Below are positions 38,159 through 51,805 of a DNA stretch of 64,000 bases, one piece after another (the first letter of the stretch is position 1; each line of letters opens with the position of its first letter). A program made the position numbers and the translations under genes. The stretch is from Paraspadella gotoi (Eukaryota > Animalia > Chaetognatha), in assembly GCA_051294375.1 (NCBI GenBank), contig CM119267.1, positions 26,399,324 to 26,463,323 of the forward strand. Reading direction: 5' to 3'. The notes under the pieces were generated by a model that was given only the letters and a program-made list of their open reading frames with translations, did not search any database and was not told where the DNA came from.

Positions 38159-39349
38159 TTTGTCTCTTCTGATAAATAGATTAACCAACTTGATAAAATG
38201 AAAAAAAAAAAATCAAAACTTTAAAAATAAATAGAACCTCGTAAGCCTCTGCTTACAATCCTCGCATTCAGAAAAAAAAACTACTTTTTCCAGTATTGTT
38301 CAGTTACTATTAACAAAATTCAAGTTCCACCATCATATAAATTAGGCCAAACTATGGATTGGTTAAAACCATCTCCAGCTATTTCTAATCATATAAGAGT
38401 AACATTTTCGCAACTTTTAGGAAAAAAAATCATGTCCATTTTTATCCATTTTCACTTTTCTTTTTTTGGAATTCCTTTCTTCCTTATCTTCTTCACCTTT
38501 GAGTAAATTTATTTCATAGTTAACTTATGAATTAATTTTAAAGTTGACAAGTCAAAAAGTCGCAGTTTTAGTTTTTATTATAATTTATTAAACAAAAATA
38601 GTTTAAATTGGCTTAAACTAACAGAAAATATAGCCCACAGAATAAGCTTTTAACACCAACAAAATTATCAAAAAAACTCTTTTCGTTTAGCCATAAATAA
38701 TTTTTAAAGATGACAATTAATTTGTGACTTTTTGTGACTTGCATTTATTGTTAATAAAGATAAGATTTTAAATTTATTTTATAGTTTTAACAGTTGATGA
38801 ACATACTGACATTAATAAAACAAAAAAAACGCATCTTTTTAAACAAATGGAAAGAGTCAGGACTTGTTTTTTCTCAGAATCGACAGAATTTGCGGAAAAT
38901 TTTTTCTCAAAATCTGTCGATATACTAAATCTGATTGGCAACCAAAATTGAAATAAAATTATGAGATACTGTAAATTTCTTTTCTTATAATGCATATTAA
39001 GGAATTTCTTTGATTTGGCTAAATGTAAATGCAGAAAAGTAGTGGGAGGGAACAGGAAAGGGAGAAGAAGAAAAGAAGAAAAAAGAGAATGAGAGAGAAA
39101 GGTGAAAAAGCAAAAAAAAAAAAAAAGCAAATGGGAAAAAAATAGGGAGATAAAGGAAAGGCGGAAAAAAAAAGAAAAAATGGAAATAAAAAGAGGGGAG
39201 AAAAGAGGGGAAAAAAAAGAGAAGGAAAAAAGGCGGGAAAAAATAATAAAAAAAGTAGTGGCAGAGAAAGGTAGGGTCGTATAAAAGGTAAGTTACGGCA
39301 TGATAAATAGGGGAGGAAAGAGGAAGATTAAAATAGAAACAAAGAGAAG

Positions 39350-42300
39350 AACAAGTTTGAGCAAACAATGTCGGATCTGCGTACGATAATTAAGAGGAAA
39401 GGTCATTCAGCATAACAATATGTAATCATTGATGTGTTAGAGCTAATATATCGAGAAATACATTATAGTCATCAGTAATCACAAAAAAATAAGTTCTTAT
39501 TTATATGTAAACATTCCGTTTTCAATAATTTTTTTTAAATGGGTAAATAACAAAATTGTTAAGTTAAATGGGTAAGCACATTTTCTAAATATTTGTTTTT
39601 AATCTGGTTGTTAAAAAATTCTAGGTAAGAAGTTAAAACACGGTATGGGATAATTTAGAAGGGGAGAATTAAGCAATTAATCTCATTACTCTGTTGGTTT
39701 TCCAGTCATGAACAAAATCTTCCGTTAAATAGATGGTAAAGAAATTCGAGCTACAATGAATCTACACTGAATTTGAAGAGTTGCAGCCTAAACGACTGCA
39801 ATAATATTGAATTAAAAATTTGATTAGCAATCTTAAAAACATTTGTAAAAATGTAATAGAGAGACATTTTGATAAACGCGTTCCAGTTAGAAAGAATTCA
39901 GGGTTAAAGTTTAAAAACGTTTCATTTTCAAGGATACAAGTTGAAATTTAAAAATGTCTCTCTATTACATTTTTCTAATTCAGTAATAAAAAATTCATAA
40001 AAAATATCAGATGGATTGGCCTTTTCGTTTGACCTGCAACTCTTCAGATAGGTTTCTTTTATTTTATATTATAATAAAACCGATATAAATGGGATAGAAT
40101 GCATCAAATGCTTAAAGTGAATACATTTTCGGAATCGCCAGGAGCTCAGCTTTCTGAATTTGTACTCCATTTTAGCCTATTTTAAAGTTGAATTGAATGA
40201 CCCTTTTTCTTAAGCGGTAATCAGCTAATCAGATGATAAATCACAATATTTTTTAAAATTTTTGTTTTAACTTGCATCATTTTTTCAACTCGCATAATTT
40301 TTTCAACTTGCATAATTTTTTCCACTCACATCATTTTTTCAATTTGCATCATCTTTACAATTTGTATCATTTTTTCAACTTGCATAATTTTTTTAAACTT
40401 GCATCATTTTTTCACATTAATTAATTAATTAAAACATTTATTAGTAATCATAAATAATAAAGATTCAGGTAAATGTGACTTATGTTTTTTCCATTTAAAC
40501 TCTTTTCCACTGGCACGATTCCGTTCAAAACTTTATATCTAGCTTCTTCACACACTTTCCTACCCGCACACAATATTTAATCTCAATCTATTAATTAAAT
40601 TATGATAAATTCGAGTAATTATGAGTTAAAATAAGTAAAAAGATTCAAGTAAATGTGACTCATATTTTTTTCATTTAAATTCATTTCCAATCGAACGTTT
40701 CCACCGAAACTTTATTTCCAGCTTCATCACACACTTTCCTACCCACACACAAAATTTCATTCTAATCCAACCACCCAATCACGAGTTATTGGAGCTTTTT
40801 GCTAAGGTGGGACGAACGGACGGACAGACAGACGGACATAATTTTTTTTGCATAATTTATCATAATTCGATGTTCTGGCATGATGTAAGTAAATGCCCAA
40901 CAAGATTGAGGGGGCGGACCAACGGACCAACAAAGTGAATTATAGAGTCGGGATCTGCTGATAAGCAGATCCGACTAAAAAAGATAAAGAAAAAGAATCA
41001 GGGAAACGGTATGAAAGGAAAAACAAGTTTGAGCAAATAATGTCGGATCTGCCCACGATCATTATCGGTAATTAATAATTAATTCAAGTTAATTATTCAA
41101 TTAATTAATTAATTTATTTAATTTAATTATTGCATAATTAATCATTAATATTAATAAGTATTTGCATAATTATTCAAGTTAATTATTTAATTAATTAGGC
41201 AATTAAATAATTTGATCCGAAATGTTTGTTTTGATTGATTAATGATTAATTGACTAACTGATTAATTATTTGATTAATAAATACATCTTGCATTTACATT
41301 TAAAATAAAAAGAACTAGTTTGAGCAAACAATGTCGGATCTGCCCTCGATCATTATCAGTAATTAATTCATTAATAATTAAATAATTCAAGTTAATTAAT
41401 TAATTAGGCAATTAATTAATTAATTTGATCCAAAATGTTTTTTAGGTCTTTTCGTCACTAACCACGATAAAAGCAATGACGATGAGAATAATGTCGATAG
41501 CAATTGACTTGATTGATTGACTGATTAATTAATTATTGATTAATTGACTAATTAATTAATTATTTGATTTATTAATACATCCTGCAATTACATTGATTGA
41601 CTGATTAATTAATTTCAGACCTATTAAGTGACTAATTGATTAATTAACCGATTAATTATTTGATTAATTAATACATCTTGAATTTACATTTAAAATAAAA
41701 GAAAAAGAAGCAATCAATTAGTGAAACAGTTTTTTATTTTTTTCCATTTAAACTCATTTCCACTCGGACGATTCCATCGAAACTTCATATACTGCTCAAT
41801 CACACACTTCCCTACCCACCCAGTAATTGGTGTTTTTTGCTAAGGTGGGACGGACGGATGGACAGACATCTTTTTTTTGCATAATTTATCATAATTTGAT
41901 GTTCTGACATGATATAAGTGAATGCCCGACAAAATTGAGGGGGCGGACCGATGGACCGACAAAGTGAATTATAGAGTCGGGATCTGCTGAAATCCGACTA
42001 AAAATTCAAGTCGACTTGACATTGGTTTTTTCCATGCAAACTTATTTCCATTTCTCGATTCCAACAAAACTTTTTATCCTGCTCAATCACACACTTTCTT
42101 ACCCACACACATCCCATTCTATACATGCAATTATGAATAAATCGATTAATTATGGATTAAAATTATTAAAAAGATTCAAATAAAAGTGACTTATGTTTTT
42201 CCAAACTCATTTCCACTTGCACAATTCCATCTAAACTTTATATCCAGCTCAATCACACACTTTTTTACCCACACACAAAATTTCATTCCAATCCAACCAT

Positions 42301-42499
42301 ACAATCACGAGTAATTGGAGTTTTTTGCTAAGGGGGGACGGACAGAGAGACGGACGGACGGACATTTTTCTTTTTGCTTAATTTAGCATAATATGATGTT
42401 CTGATGTGATAAAAATTATTTACCGACAAGATTTAGGGGTAGGACCGACAAAGTGAATTATAGAGTCGGGATCTGCGGATAAGCAGATCCGACTAAAAA
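39350..42499. mobile_element. Cluster of tandem HINE copies (39350-40981, 41021-42003, 42005-42499)
   Basis: Repeated aacaagtttgagcaaa..gtcggatctgc heads and gtcgggatctgc..gcagatccgactaaaa tails with GGAC microsatellites. Confidence 0.8.
39394..40209. mobile_element. Kolobok-like non-autonomous DNA transposon inserted in a HINE
   Basis: TTAA on both sides; TIRs GAGGAAAGGTCATTCA / TGAATGACCCTTTTTC (RR..YY ends). Confidence 0.8.
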
Positions 42500-42526
42500 T
42501 TTGTGAGTAATTCACAAAAATAATTT

Positions 42527-42568
42527 GGCGCTGATGAAGGCTCGAATTTGAGCCGAAACATGTTCGTC
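42527..42568 (+). ncRNA. Minimal type I hammerhead ribozyme with intact core (Penelope-type)
   Basis: ggcg-CTGATGA-a-ggctc-gaattt-gagcc-GAAAC-AT-GTT-cgtc: helix I ggcg/cgtc, helix II 5 bp, palindromic helix III. Confidence 0.75.
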
Positions 42569-43198
42569 TATTATTAAATTAAATTGTTGTAAAAATACTC
42601 AAACTGTCTCTTTAAACTACAAACACAACAAAAAAGAAAGGATTTACATATAATTTATTGGTTTTAACACATTATATCTAATTAAATAAACTTGGGCAGA
42701 AAGTAACTTTTAACCTTGTATTGTATAGATGCTTCCTCTATTTCCAGAGGACAACACTAACATCCCTCTCTCCATTACATTATAAAAGAATATAAAGAAC
42801 AAATATAATGGAAAAAAAGCAAATATCTACTCTAAATCTAATTTTAATCTAATTTTCGCAGCATTTAATATAAACAATAGTTTACCGAATGCTTTAACAT
42901 TAACAACAAATTTCAAATAAAAGATCCGTCACATCAAAAATGTGACTAACGATTAACAACATTTTAAAAATGCGAAACATAACTGGAATAAGAGACAATG
43001 TCGGCGTCTTGTTTTCCATAGTATCGAAAGAATTACCAGAGTATAAAAAAAGAATGATAAAAGTGAAAGCTTTCTGAAAAACTGAATGATTTTGGATTTC
43101 TTTTGGATGTCAAAGAGATACGGTTAAATACAAAACAACGAAGTGTTTTATAAAGTCTTATTATGTCAAAGTTAAAAAAAGAAGAGGGAAACGATGTA

Positions 43199-43881
43199 CA
43201 GAAGACTTCATATTATAAAATGAGGTTCCCAATTTTTGTGACCAGAATATGTTCCGAGAAAACTATTAAATAAATTTTAATGAAATTTGGTATGAACGAT
43301 CCCTATGTGAATACAAATAGAAATATTTCAATATTTGACCCCTGAGCCGAGATATGGTCCCCAGGAGGGGTAACCCATAAGGGCAAAAAATGGTCAAAAA
43401 TTTTTTTCAAATTTTTAATTTTTTTTTGTTTTGAACCATTGCCCAGACGTTTACTCTTCAACAAAATCGTATTTATTTCCACAAAAAAATTAGTTTACCT
43501 TAAGTTTCAGCTTCATGAACATCAGCGGTTCATGTCAGAACCATGCATCTTCAAACACAGATTAATTAGCAAAAAATTTATTAATTTTAGTTTCAATATT
43601 TTTTTGGTATGTTTAAGACAGCGATAAACCTGATTCTACTAAAAAATATAAAAAATAAAAAATAAAAATTTTAGCCTTTTTGGCCTCCCAGGGGTCCAGC
43701 CCCAGGGGCCAGGGCCCAGTACTTCTTGTCAGGGGTTGAATATTAAAATTCGCCTCGATAGTTCCATTTATATTGTCATTAGGACTATGTAAAATTTCAT
43801 AAAATTCGATCCGGTAGTTTGGTGGGAACAGATTCTGGTCACAAAAAAGGGGAACCTCATTTTATAATATGAAGCTTTCTG
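43199..43881. mobile_element. TA-flanked MITE (Tc1/mariner-like); related partial copy from 63532
   Basis: About 50-bp TIRs cagaag..cttcatattataaaatgaggttccc..gtgaccagaat; TA on both sides. Confidence 0.75.
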
Positions 43882-44388
43882 TAGTAGTTGTTAACATCGT
43901 TTCAGAAAAAATCTTAAAGTATAGTGATCTCGCCAGACGTTGCTATCAAAGAAAATTAATGTAAAAATAAAAAAATAAAAAAAACGAATAATTGATGCGA
44001 TAGAGAATGATTTTTTTCATTTAAACTCTTTTCTACTCGCACGATTCCATCCAAACTTCATATCTAGCTCAATCACACACTTCCCTACCTACACACAAAA
44101 TTTCATTCCAATCCATCCATCCAATTACGAGTAATTAAAATTTTTTGCCAAGGTAGGACAGACGGATGGACATCGTTTTTTTTTTGCATAATTTATTATA
44201 ATTCGATATTCTGACATGATATATGTGGTTGCTTAACAATATTGAGGGGGCAGACCGACAAAGGGAATTATAGAGTTGGGATCTGCTTATAAGCAGATCC
44301 GACTAAAAAGCGTGACGCCGACGCAGACGAAAACTACGTCACAAAGAAGCTAAAGCGATCCAAAATCACGCCAAAACAGGCTTAAGCC

Positions 44389-44518
44389 TTAAGCCCGTCT
44401 GGCGAGATAAAAATCAAATGTCGCGGGCGGATTCAGTGTTGAAACTTGGTAATACTTGGAGTGGGCATATTTCTCGCGCACAGCTTGTTGCTGATGATTG
44501 CTCGCAGACAAAAACGCT
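44389..44518 (-). CDS. CycA: Cyclin A, last exon
   Basis: AFLSASNHQQQAVREKY..KYYQVS..stop. Confidence 0.9.
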
Positions 44519-44638
44519 CTGATAAAAAAAAAAAAAATTTTTCCGACTTCAACATTTATCTGTGAGCAACACCACCACCTTTCATACTTGAAAATGTCCT
44601 TGAGACAATTCTCAACATCGTGAGCAACACTCGCATAC

Positions 44639-44922
44639 TTGTGAATATCCCTGAGACAATTCTGGAAATCCACAAAATTAATTCCCGATTTGAGAGCGAG
44701 TGACTCTGGCCAGGGCTCGTGGCCAAGGGTGTAGCGCGCCAGACAGACTGAAGCGGCGGCGATGGAGGAAGGGCTGTACTGGAAGAAAGGGTCTCCGTCG
44801 ACGAGGGTGAGTTCGGCGAGGAACTTGGAAAGAGACTCGGTCATCTCGTCAGAGGAGAACCACTTGTTGAAGCGCCGCAGAAAAAGGCACGGGGTTGGTG
44901 AAGCCATGTCAAAGTCGAGGAC
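44639..44922 (-). CDS. CycA: Cyclin A exon (C-terminal cyclin fold)
   Basis: VLDFDMASPT..LAELTLVDGDPFFQYSPSSIAAASVCLA. Confidence 0.92.
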
Positions 44923-45465
44923 CTTGAGAAAAAAATGTTGAATGAATGGAAGAACCGCAGGTTCAGCTTACAATCAGTCTTTTAGACAACGAAATCTGTA
45001 CTTCAATAATTACCATCTTTCTTGATCGCATTGGTTAATATGAATAGAGTTCCGATAACCGTTAAAATTTAACGGTTATCAACGGTTAATTATAATTTTA
45101 ACTTAACCGTTAATATATTTATTTTAACGGTTAAATTCGGTTAATTTTTAAATACAATTTTTGTTATTATTTGTTAGAAAATCTTTGATTTTTTGAAAAA
45201 AAAAAAATTTTTCCCGTCCTCTCTTATTCTCCTCTCCCTTTTTCACCATATTTTCCTCCCTCTCTCTCTTCTCCATTTTTTCAATGTTTTTTTTTATTAT
45301 AAACCCCAATCTTTTTTCTATCCTAATCTCTCTTATTCTTTCTTCCCCTAACTTTAAACCCTTATGTTCCTTTCTTTTTCTTTCTCTCTTTTCCCCTCCT
45401 TCTTTCCCCCCTTTCTTTTAATTTTTTTTTAAACTAATTTTATGCATTTACATCTTAGAGACAAA

Positions 45466-45779
45466 GTTTGAAATAATTGGCAATAACGATTTATTTTAAA
45501 GAGAAAACATACATGTTTTGGCTTTTTTACAAGCCTTCTTCAGCGTCAATTTAGTTTGTGAAAATATTAGACAGATTTTGTGTAGAAGAAGGGGAGAGAG
45601 AGAGAAAGGAAAACAGAGAGAAGGCAAAGTTTCTCTGTTTCTCGCTCTCCCCATCTTTTACACAAAATCTGTCTAATAATTTCACAAACTAAATTGACGC
45701 TGAAGAAGGCTTGTAAAAAAGTCGAAACATTACGTTTTCATCTTGAAAATAAATTGTTGTTGCCAATTATTTCAAACTC
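45466..45779. repeat. Long inverted repeat made of two divergently oriented hammerhead-bearing units
   Basis: About 150-bp arms; CTGAAGA-a-ggctt..aag(t/c)c-(G/A)AAAC motif on plus (45696-45736) and minus (45508-45548) strands. Confidence 0.8.
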
Positions 45780-46810
45780 TGTTATATTATAAAAAATTTA
45801 AGAATTAATAATAGAAGGAAGGAATCTTTAAAAAGACATTAAGGCTATTTAAAAATATCCTCCAGCTGCAGACTCGTTTTTTCTCCGATGAATCAGCACT
45901 GGGGAAAAGAGAGAGAGAAAGCTACATATAATTAAAGAGAAAAGAGAGAGAAAAGGAGACATAAAAATAAAATAAAGGATATTTGTTTGTTTTTATAAAA
46001 CGTAAACAAAACATATTTAATAACTGTCCTGACCCAATTTTAAGGACATCAATGATGAGAAGCTGAATATAAATTTTCAGCTTCATACACCCAAATTTAA
46101 TAATGAAAAAGGTGATCTATAATTTGGAACGACAACGACGACGACGCCACTTATGCGCAAAAGCGTTACAAGATCGTCGCAAACACAAAGCGATTGCGAC
46201 GATAAAAAAGGGGAAAAAAATATAATATAGCATGCCGTTTTTTTGCCTAACCAGTAGTATATCCAAAAAACGTGATAGATCCTTCGAGCATATTTTTCTT
46301 TAAAAGTTGCTCTTACCATGAATAATCGTTTTAAGTTTCTTCTTAATTTGGGGTGATACCGTAAATAGAATGATTGTCGTAAAAAAAATTCTGTCTTACC
46401 GTATTTTGAAAGCATAAAAATTCACCCAGTGAGTTCTAGGTTATAAGGAGAAAATAACTATTGCCAACCGTTTTTTTAAATAAAGAGTCTTTCATATTTA
46501 TCAGAGAGAAAAAAAGAAATAATAATTAATAATAATAATTAGTTCCAATTTCATTGTTGAAAATACCCGATTCAAAATCACTGCCTCAAACTTTTTTTTC
46601 CTAAAAGTTGCCAAAATGGTACTCTTTTATCATTAGAAACGGGTGGAGAAGTTTCTAACCAATCCTTAGTTCAGCCCAATTTGTGTTATTGTACAAAGTT
46701 AATCAAAATTGTAAGTAACAACTGAACAATATTTGAAAGAGTCGTTTCTTCCTAAATGCAACGTTTGTAAGCGGAACCCGCATTAAACTCCAATTCCTTC
46801 ATTTTTTCAC

Positions 46811-46988
46811 CTTGAGAATGTAGTGTTCCATCTTCAAGACTTGTTTCTTTGAATAAGTATCATCGGTGATATAGACAAACTCATTCAGATCTGGCGGATA
46901 AATTTCTTCAAACTTAGATGCGATGAACATCGCCGCTGTCCCCACCAGTTGGAGCTTGCCCCTCTGTACCGACATTAGAGAGAGGAAT
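46811..46988 (-). CDS. CycA: Cyclin A exon (cyclin box)
   Basis: [50 protein letters not shown]. Confidence 0.95.
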
Positions 46989-47718
46989 CTGGGGAGAGGC
47001 GATGGAAAAGAAATAAAAACAAGTTTGAGCAAGCAATGCCGGATCTGCCCACGATCAGATAATTAATTTATTAATTAATTAATATAAATTTTTTTCATTT
47101 GTTTCAAAATCGTGTTCCACTTTGTCTCGCCTCTCAATCACAAAACAACAACCTCGATCACAAAATTAATTAATTAATTAGAAATAATTAATAATTAATT
47201 TATTACATATTTATTAATAATTAATTAATGCAGCTTGAATTTACATTTAATATAAAAATAAAAAAACAATCAAATAGTGAAATAGATTGTTTGTTTTTTC
47301 CATTTTAACTCATTTCCACTTGGACGATTCCAACGAAATTTTATTTCCTGCTCAATAGCGCGGAGTATAAATACAAGAAATGATAAAGGACATCTTGTAG
47401 TTGTACCCTCCTAATTTTTTGAAACATGTAAAACTATTCCCTAAGATCAAAAAGTCAAAAATTCGCTTGGCCAATTTTCCCATTCTATCGATTTTATAAT
47501 GCGATAAAAAAGCAAAATAATCGGAAAAAAATTTAAAAATAAAATAAAAGTGGTTAGTATTATTAATTTAATTAAAATATAGCTAAATCCAAGTATATAA
47601 AACTCTTTAAAACTATATAAATGTAAAAAACTTGCATTAATTATTGTTTAAATATTATTTAAAAATTGTATTTTTTGGAAAAATACAAACATTTTTGAAA
47701 AAAAGGAAAGATGGTTAA

Positions 47719-48524
47719 GAAAAGGGGTCATTCAAATCAACTTGAAAATAGGCAAAAATGAAGTACAGATTCAAAAAGCTGAGCTCCTGGCGATTCCAAA
47801 AATGTAAACATTTGATGCATTCAACGTAATTTTATATCGGTTTTAATTATAATACAAAATAAAAAACCTATCTGAAGAGTTGCAGGTCAAACGAAAAGGC
47901 CAATCCATCTGATATTTTTTATGAATTTTTTATTAGTGAATTAGAAAATGTAATAGAAAGACATTTTTAAATTTCAAGTTGTATCTTTGAAAATGAAACA
48001 TTTTTAAACTTTAACCCTGAATTCTTTCTAACTGGAACACGTTTATCAAAATGTCTCACTAGCAATATTAAAAACATTTGTGAAAATGTAATAATCAAAT
48101 TTATAAATCAATATTATTGCAATCGTTTAGGCTGCAACTCTTTAAATTCAGTGTAGATTCAGTGTAGATCGAATATCTTTACCATCTATTTAACTAAATA
48201 TTTTGTTCAAGACTGGAAAACCAACAGAGTAACAAGATTAATTATTTAACTTTCCCCTTCTAAATTTGCCTCTACCGTGTTTTAACTTCTTACCTAGAAT
48301 TTTTTGACAACCAGATTGAAAAACAAATATTTAAAAAATGTGCTTACCGATTTAAATTAATAATTTTGTTATTTACCGATTTAAAAAAAATATTTAAAAC
48401 AGAATGTTTACCTATAAATAAAAACTTTTTTTTTGGTGGTTACTGGTGATTACGATGTATTTGTTGATGTATTAGCTCTAATACATCAAAGATTATGCAT
48501 TGTTAAGTTGAATGACCTTTCCTC
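47719..48524. mobile_element. Kolobok-like element, opposite orientation
   Basis: TTAA flanks; same TIRs as 39394-40209. Confidence 0.8.
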
Positions 48525-49062
48525 TTAAGCAGATAGTTTTATTCAAATATATATGAAATAAGGAGATTTATAACGGTTTTCATTTGTAAAAAGTTACTTT
48601 ATCTAATAATTTTTAACTACAAAAAATAAAGCAAAATAATAAATTAAAGCGTTCAGGAAACTAATGAATTTATGGATTTAGTCAAATGGTGTTTAAAACT
48701 TTCTCAATATAAATAAAAAGAAAAATAAATTGTAAGACATTATCCTGTTAAAAAGAGCTTCCAAGGTAAGAGGTGTTGTTTATGATACAAAAGCAATCAG
48801 ATCTGGGATGGGGAAATTCGGGAAGCTGGCAAAGACAGCTTTCTTTTTATGCACAATATTGGTAGACGGGACCAAAGCTTAAGACTTAGTAACGAGATTA
48901 ATTGTTTAACTCTCCCCTTCTAAATTTGCCTTTACCGTGTTTTAACTTCTTACCTAGAATTTTTTAACAACCAGAATGAAAAACAAATCTTTAAAAAATG
49001 TGCTTACCCATTTAACAATTTGGTTATTTACCGATTTAAAAAACAAGTTTGAGCAAACAATG

Positions 49063-49783
49063 TAGGACTAAGCTCTGACGAAAAAAGTCAGAGGTTTTTT
49101 TAATATATTCTTTGACCGGCCAATGTAGAATGATGGCAATATTGCTATTTTTAAGTTTCAAAAAAATCCGACCATAAATATAGAAAATATTAACCAAAAT
49201 CTTCGGAAAATCCACCCCTTCTTTGGAAGATTTTCGCCATAAAGATTTTTTCCGAATCTGACTCCCGGTTGAAAACTCTTAAAATTCCGATCGTTAGCTC
49301 CTCTTTTACTTTTACTTTAAATAAAAATTTCAGCAAAATGGACTAATTCACTTTAACATGATTGTATCATATTAAAATAACCAAATGAAATGTAAAGAAA
49401 AATTTTGAGAGCCCTTCAGACATATTGCTATCGGATTCCTGAATTCAAAGTTTATTGTAAAATGACAACTACCTTAAATGCGTTGACATTGTATTGAAGT
49501 TGAGAAATCCCTTTATTTTATATATAAAAATTGCATCAAAAATATTTTCCTGAGCGAACCAGTCCATTTGAATCGAATGGTTCGATGTCAAAATGATGGT
49601 TATTTGTCAAAAGAAAAAAAATGCGAGCCCTTCAGATGTAACAGGATCGGAATCGAGTGTTTTTACATCTATTTTTTACCTGAATTTTTCCCAGGGGCGT
49701 TTACATTATTTGGTAGTCAGATTTTAACGAAAATCTCCATTGAAAAAGTCTTCCTCGATTTCTAAGAACGACGTAGACTCCTA
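49063..49783. mobile_element. Non-autonomous DNA element with TAGG..CCTA ends inserted in a HINE head
   Basis: aacaatg duplicated on both sides, splitting gagcaaacaatg|tcggatctgc. Confidence 0.7.
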
Positions 49784-50488
49784 AACAATGTCGGATCTGC
49801 CCACGATAATTAATTAATTAATAATTAATTAATAATTAATTCAAGTTAATTATTTAATTAATTAATAATTAATTTATTCAAGTTTTTTTTAAAATTATTT
49901 AATTAATTAGGTAATTAATTAATTAATATGATCAGAAATGTTTGTTTTGATTGATTAATTGACTAATTAATTAATTATTAATTAATTAATTGACTAATTA
50001 ACTGATTAATTATTTGATTAATTAATAATCTTGCATTTACATTTAAAATAAAAAGAAAATCAATTAGTGAAATAGGTTCTTTGTTTTTTCCATTTAAACT
50101 CATTTCCACTCGGAAGATTCCATCGAAACTTCATATACAGCTCAATCACACACTTCCCTACCCACACACAAAATTTCATTCCAATCCATCCATCCAATCA
50201 CGAGTAATTGGTGTTTTTTGCTAAGGTGGGACGGACGGACGGACAGACGTTTTTTTTTGCATAATTTATCATAATTCGATGTTCTGACATGATATAAGTG
50301 AGTGCCCGACAATATTGAGGGGGCGGACCGACGGACCGACAAAGTGAATTATAGAGTCGGGATCTGCTGATAAGCAGATCCGACTAAAAACTTTATACCA
50401 AAGCATGCAACATTAGACCAGGAAAGAATGGCATGGATTTATTGACGCATTCACACTTCATCCTCCAATCACTTTCTCTGCTAGTAAC

Positions 50489-50646
50489 CTGTCGATGTAG
50501 TTGACGGCAAGGAAGAGAGTCTCGTCGTGCAGCTTGTACTCGTCCGACACCTCGACGAGCCAGTCCACAAGAATCGCCCTCATGTTCATGTTGATATCCG
50601 GCTGCTTCAACATATACTTGGGTTTGGGTCGAGTTTTTTTCTCAAA
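50489..50646 (-). CDS. CycA: Cyclin A exon (MRAIL helix)
   Basis: [43 protein letters not shown]. Confidence 0.95.
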
Positions 50647-51805
50647 CTGAAAATCGGAGGACGAAATGTTAAAAATTTTAAATTTGACGTCCCGGCTTTC
50701 ATTCTTATCGGTAAACAAAAATCTCAACCGGAAAATTCAAGTTATATTGGTTTTATTGCGTCGCAGTTACAATGTGATCGTATTTCCAGATGATTATTTG
50801 ACTTATAAAGTATAAAACAAATAATAGCATCTTATAATTAAGTATAATCTCAAATTGAATTTTAAAAATATCACATGACTACACAAATATGAAAAATATG
50901 CACTAAGATTTAGCTCTCAGAAAAAAAAAGATAAATATACGTCTGGTAGTATTAATATTAAGAACAAAAAATATTTTGTTCATATTCTTATTGGAACAGA
51001 AACGGAAAACATTATATTTTTAGTAATATCTTTACAAAACGGTATATTTTTTAAATGCCTATTCTGAAATTTTTATTAAAGATTCATGTTCGTAATAAAA
51101 ACTGGCGTGAAAAATAGAAATAAAAGTCAAAATACTTAACTTCTTATCTCTCTCTAAAATGACTAGTATATGAAACAAGTTTGAGCAAATAATGTCTGAT
51201 CTGCCCACGATCATTATCGGTAATTAATTAATTCAAGTTAATTTATTAATTTTATCCGAAATGTTTGTTTTTAGGTCTTTTCGTCACTAACCACGACAAA
51301 AGCAATGACGATTACAATAATGCCGATAACGATTGACTTGATTGAATAATTAATAAATTGATTGATTGAATAATTAATTAATAGCTAAATAAATTGATTG
51401 ATTGAAAAATTACAGGTAGTGATTCAAAACTTAGAAAATCCGTATCACTATATCTTTTTTTATTTTGTGACGCATCGGGTGCATTTAAAAAAAAAAAATA
51501 ATTGAAGATACTAAACCAGACCTTGTTCTAACTATTAAACCAGTGCGAAAAGCACTTCTGCAAAAACCATTCCTGCCACATCAATTAAAAGAATGACAGC
51601 TGCTTTTCATAAACGCTTGTGAAAGATCAAAAATTAAAATGTTGCTGCAGCTGAAATATTTATATATTTCAGCTGTGTACAATGCACTTTGTTACGACCA
51701 TGCATAATAACCCCAAGAGTATAGGCTCTTTATATATGTGGCCACTTGAATCTAAACTGAAACCTGAAATCTTTTGTTTCTCTGTTCCACTGGAAGATGG
51801 CTCAT

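Noticed and set aside
38997-39368. Phe-rich and Lys-rich ORFs
   Set aside because: Translation of a low-complexity purine tract.
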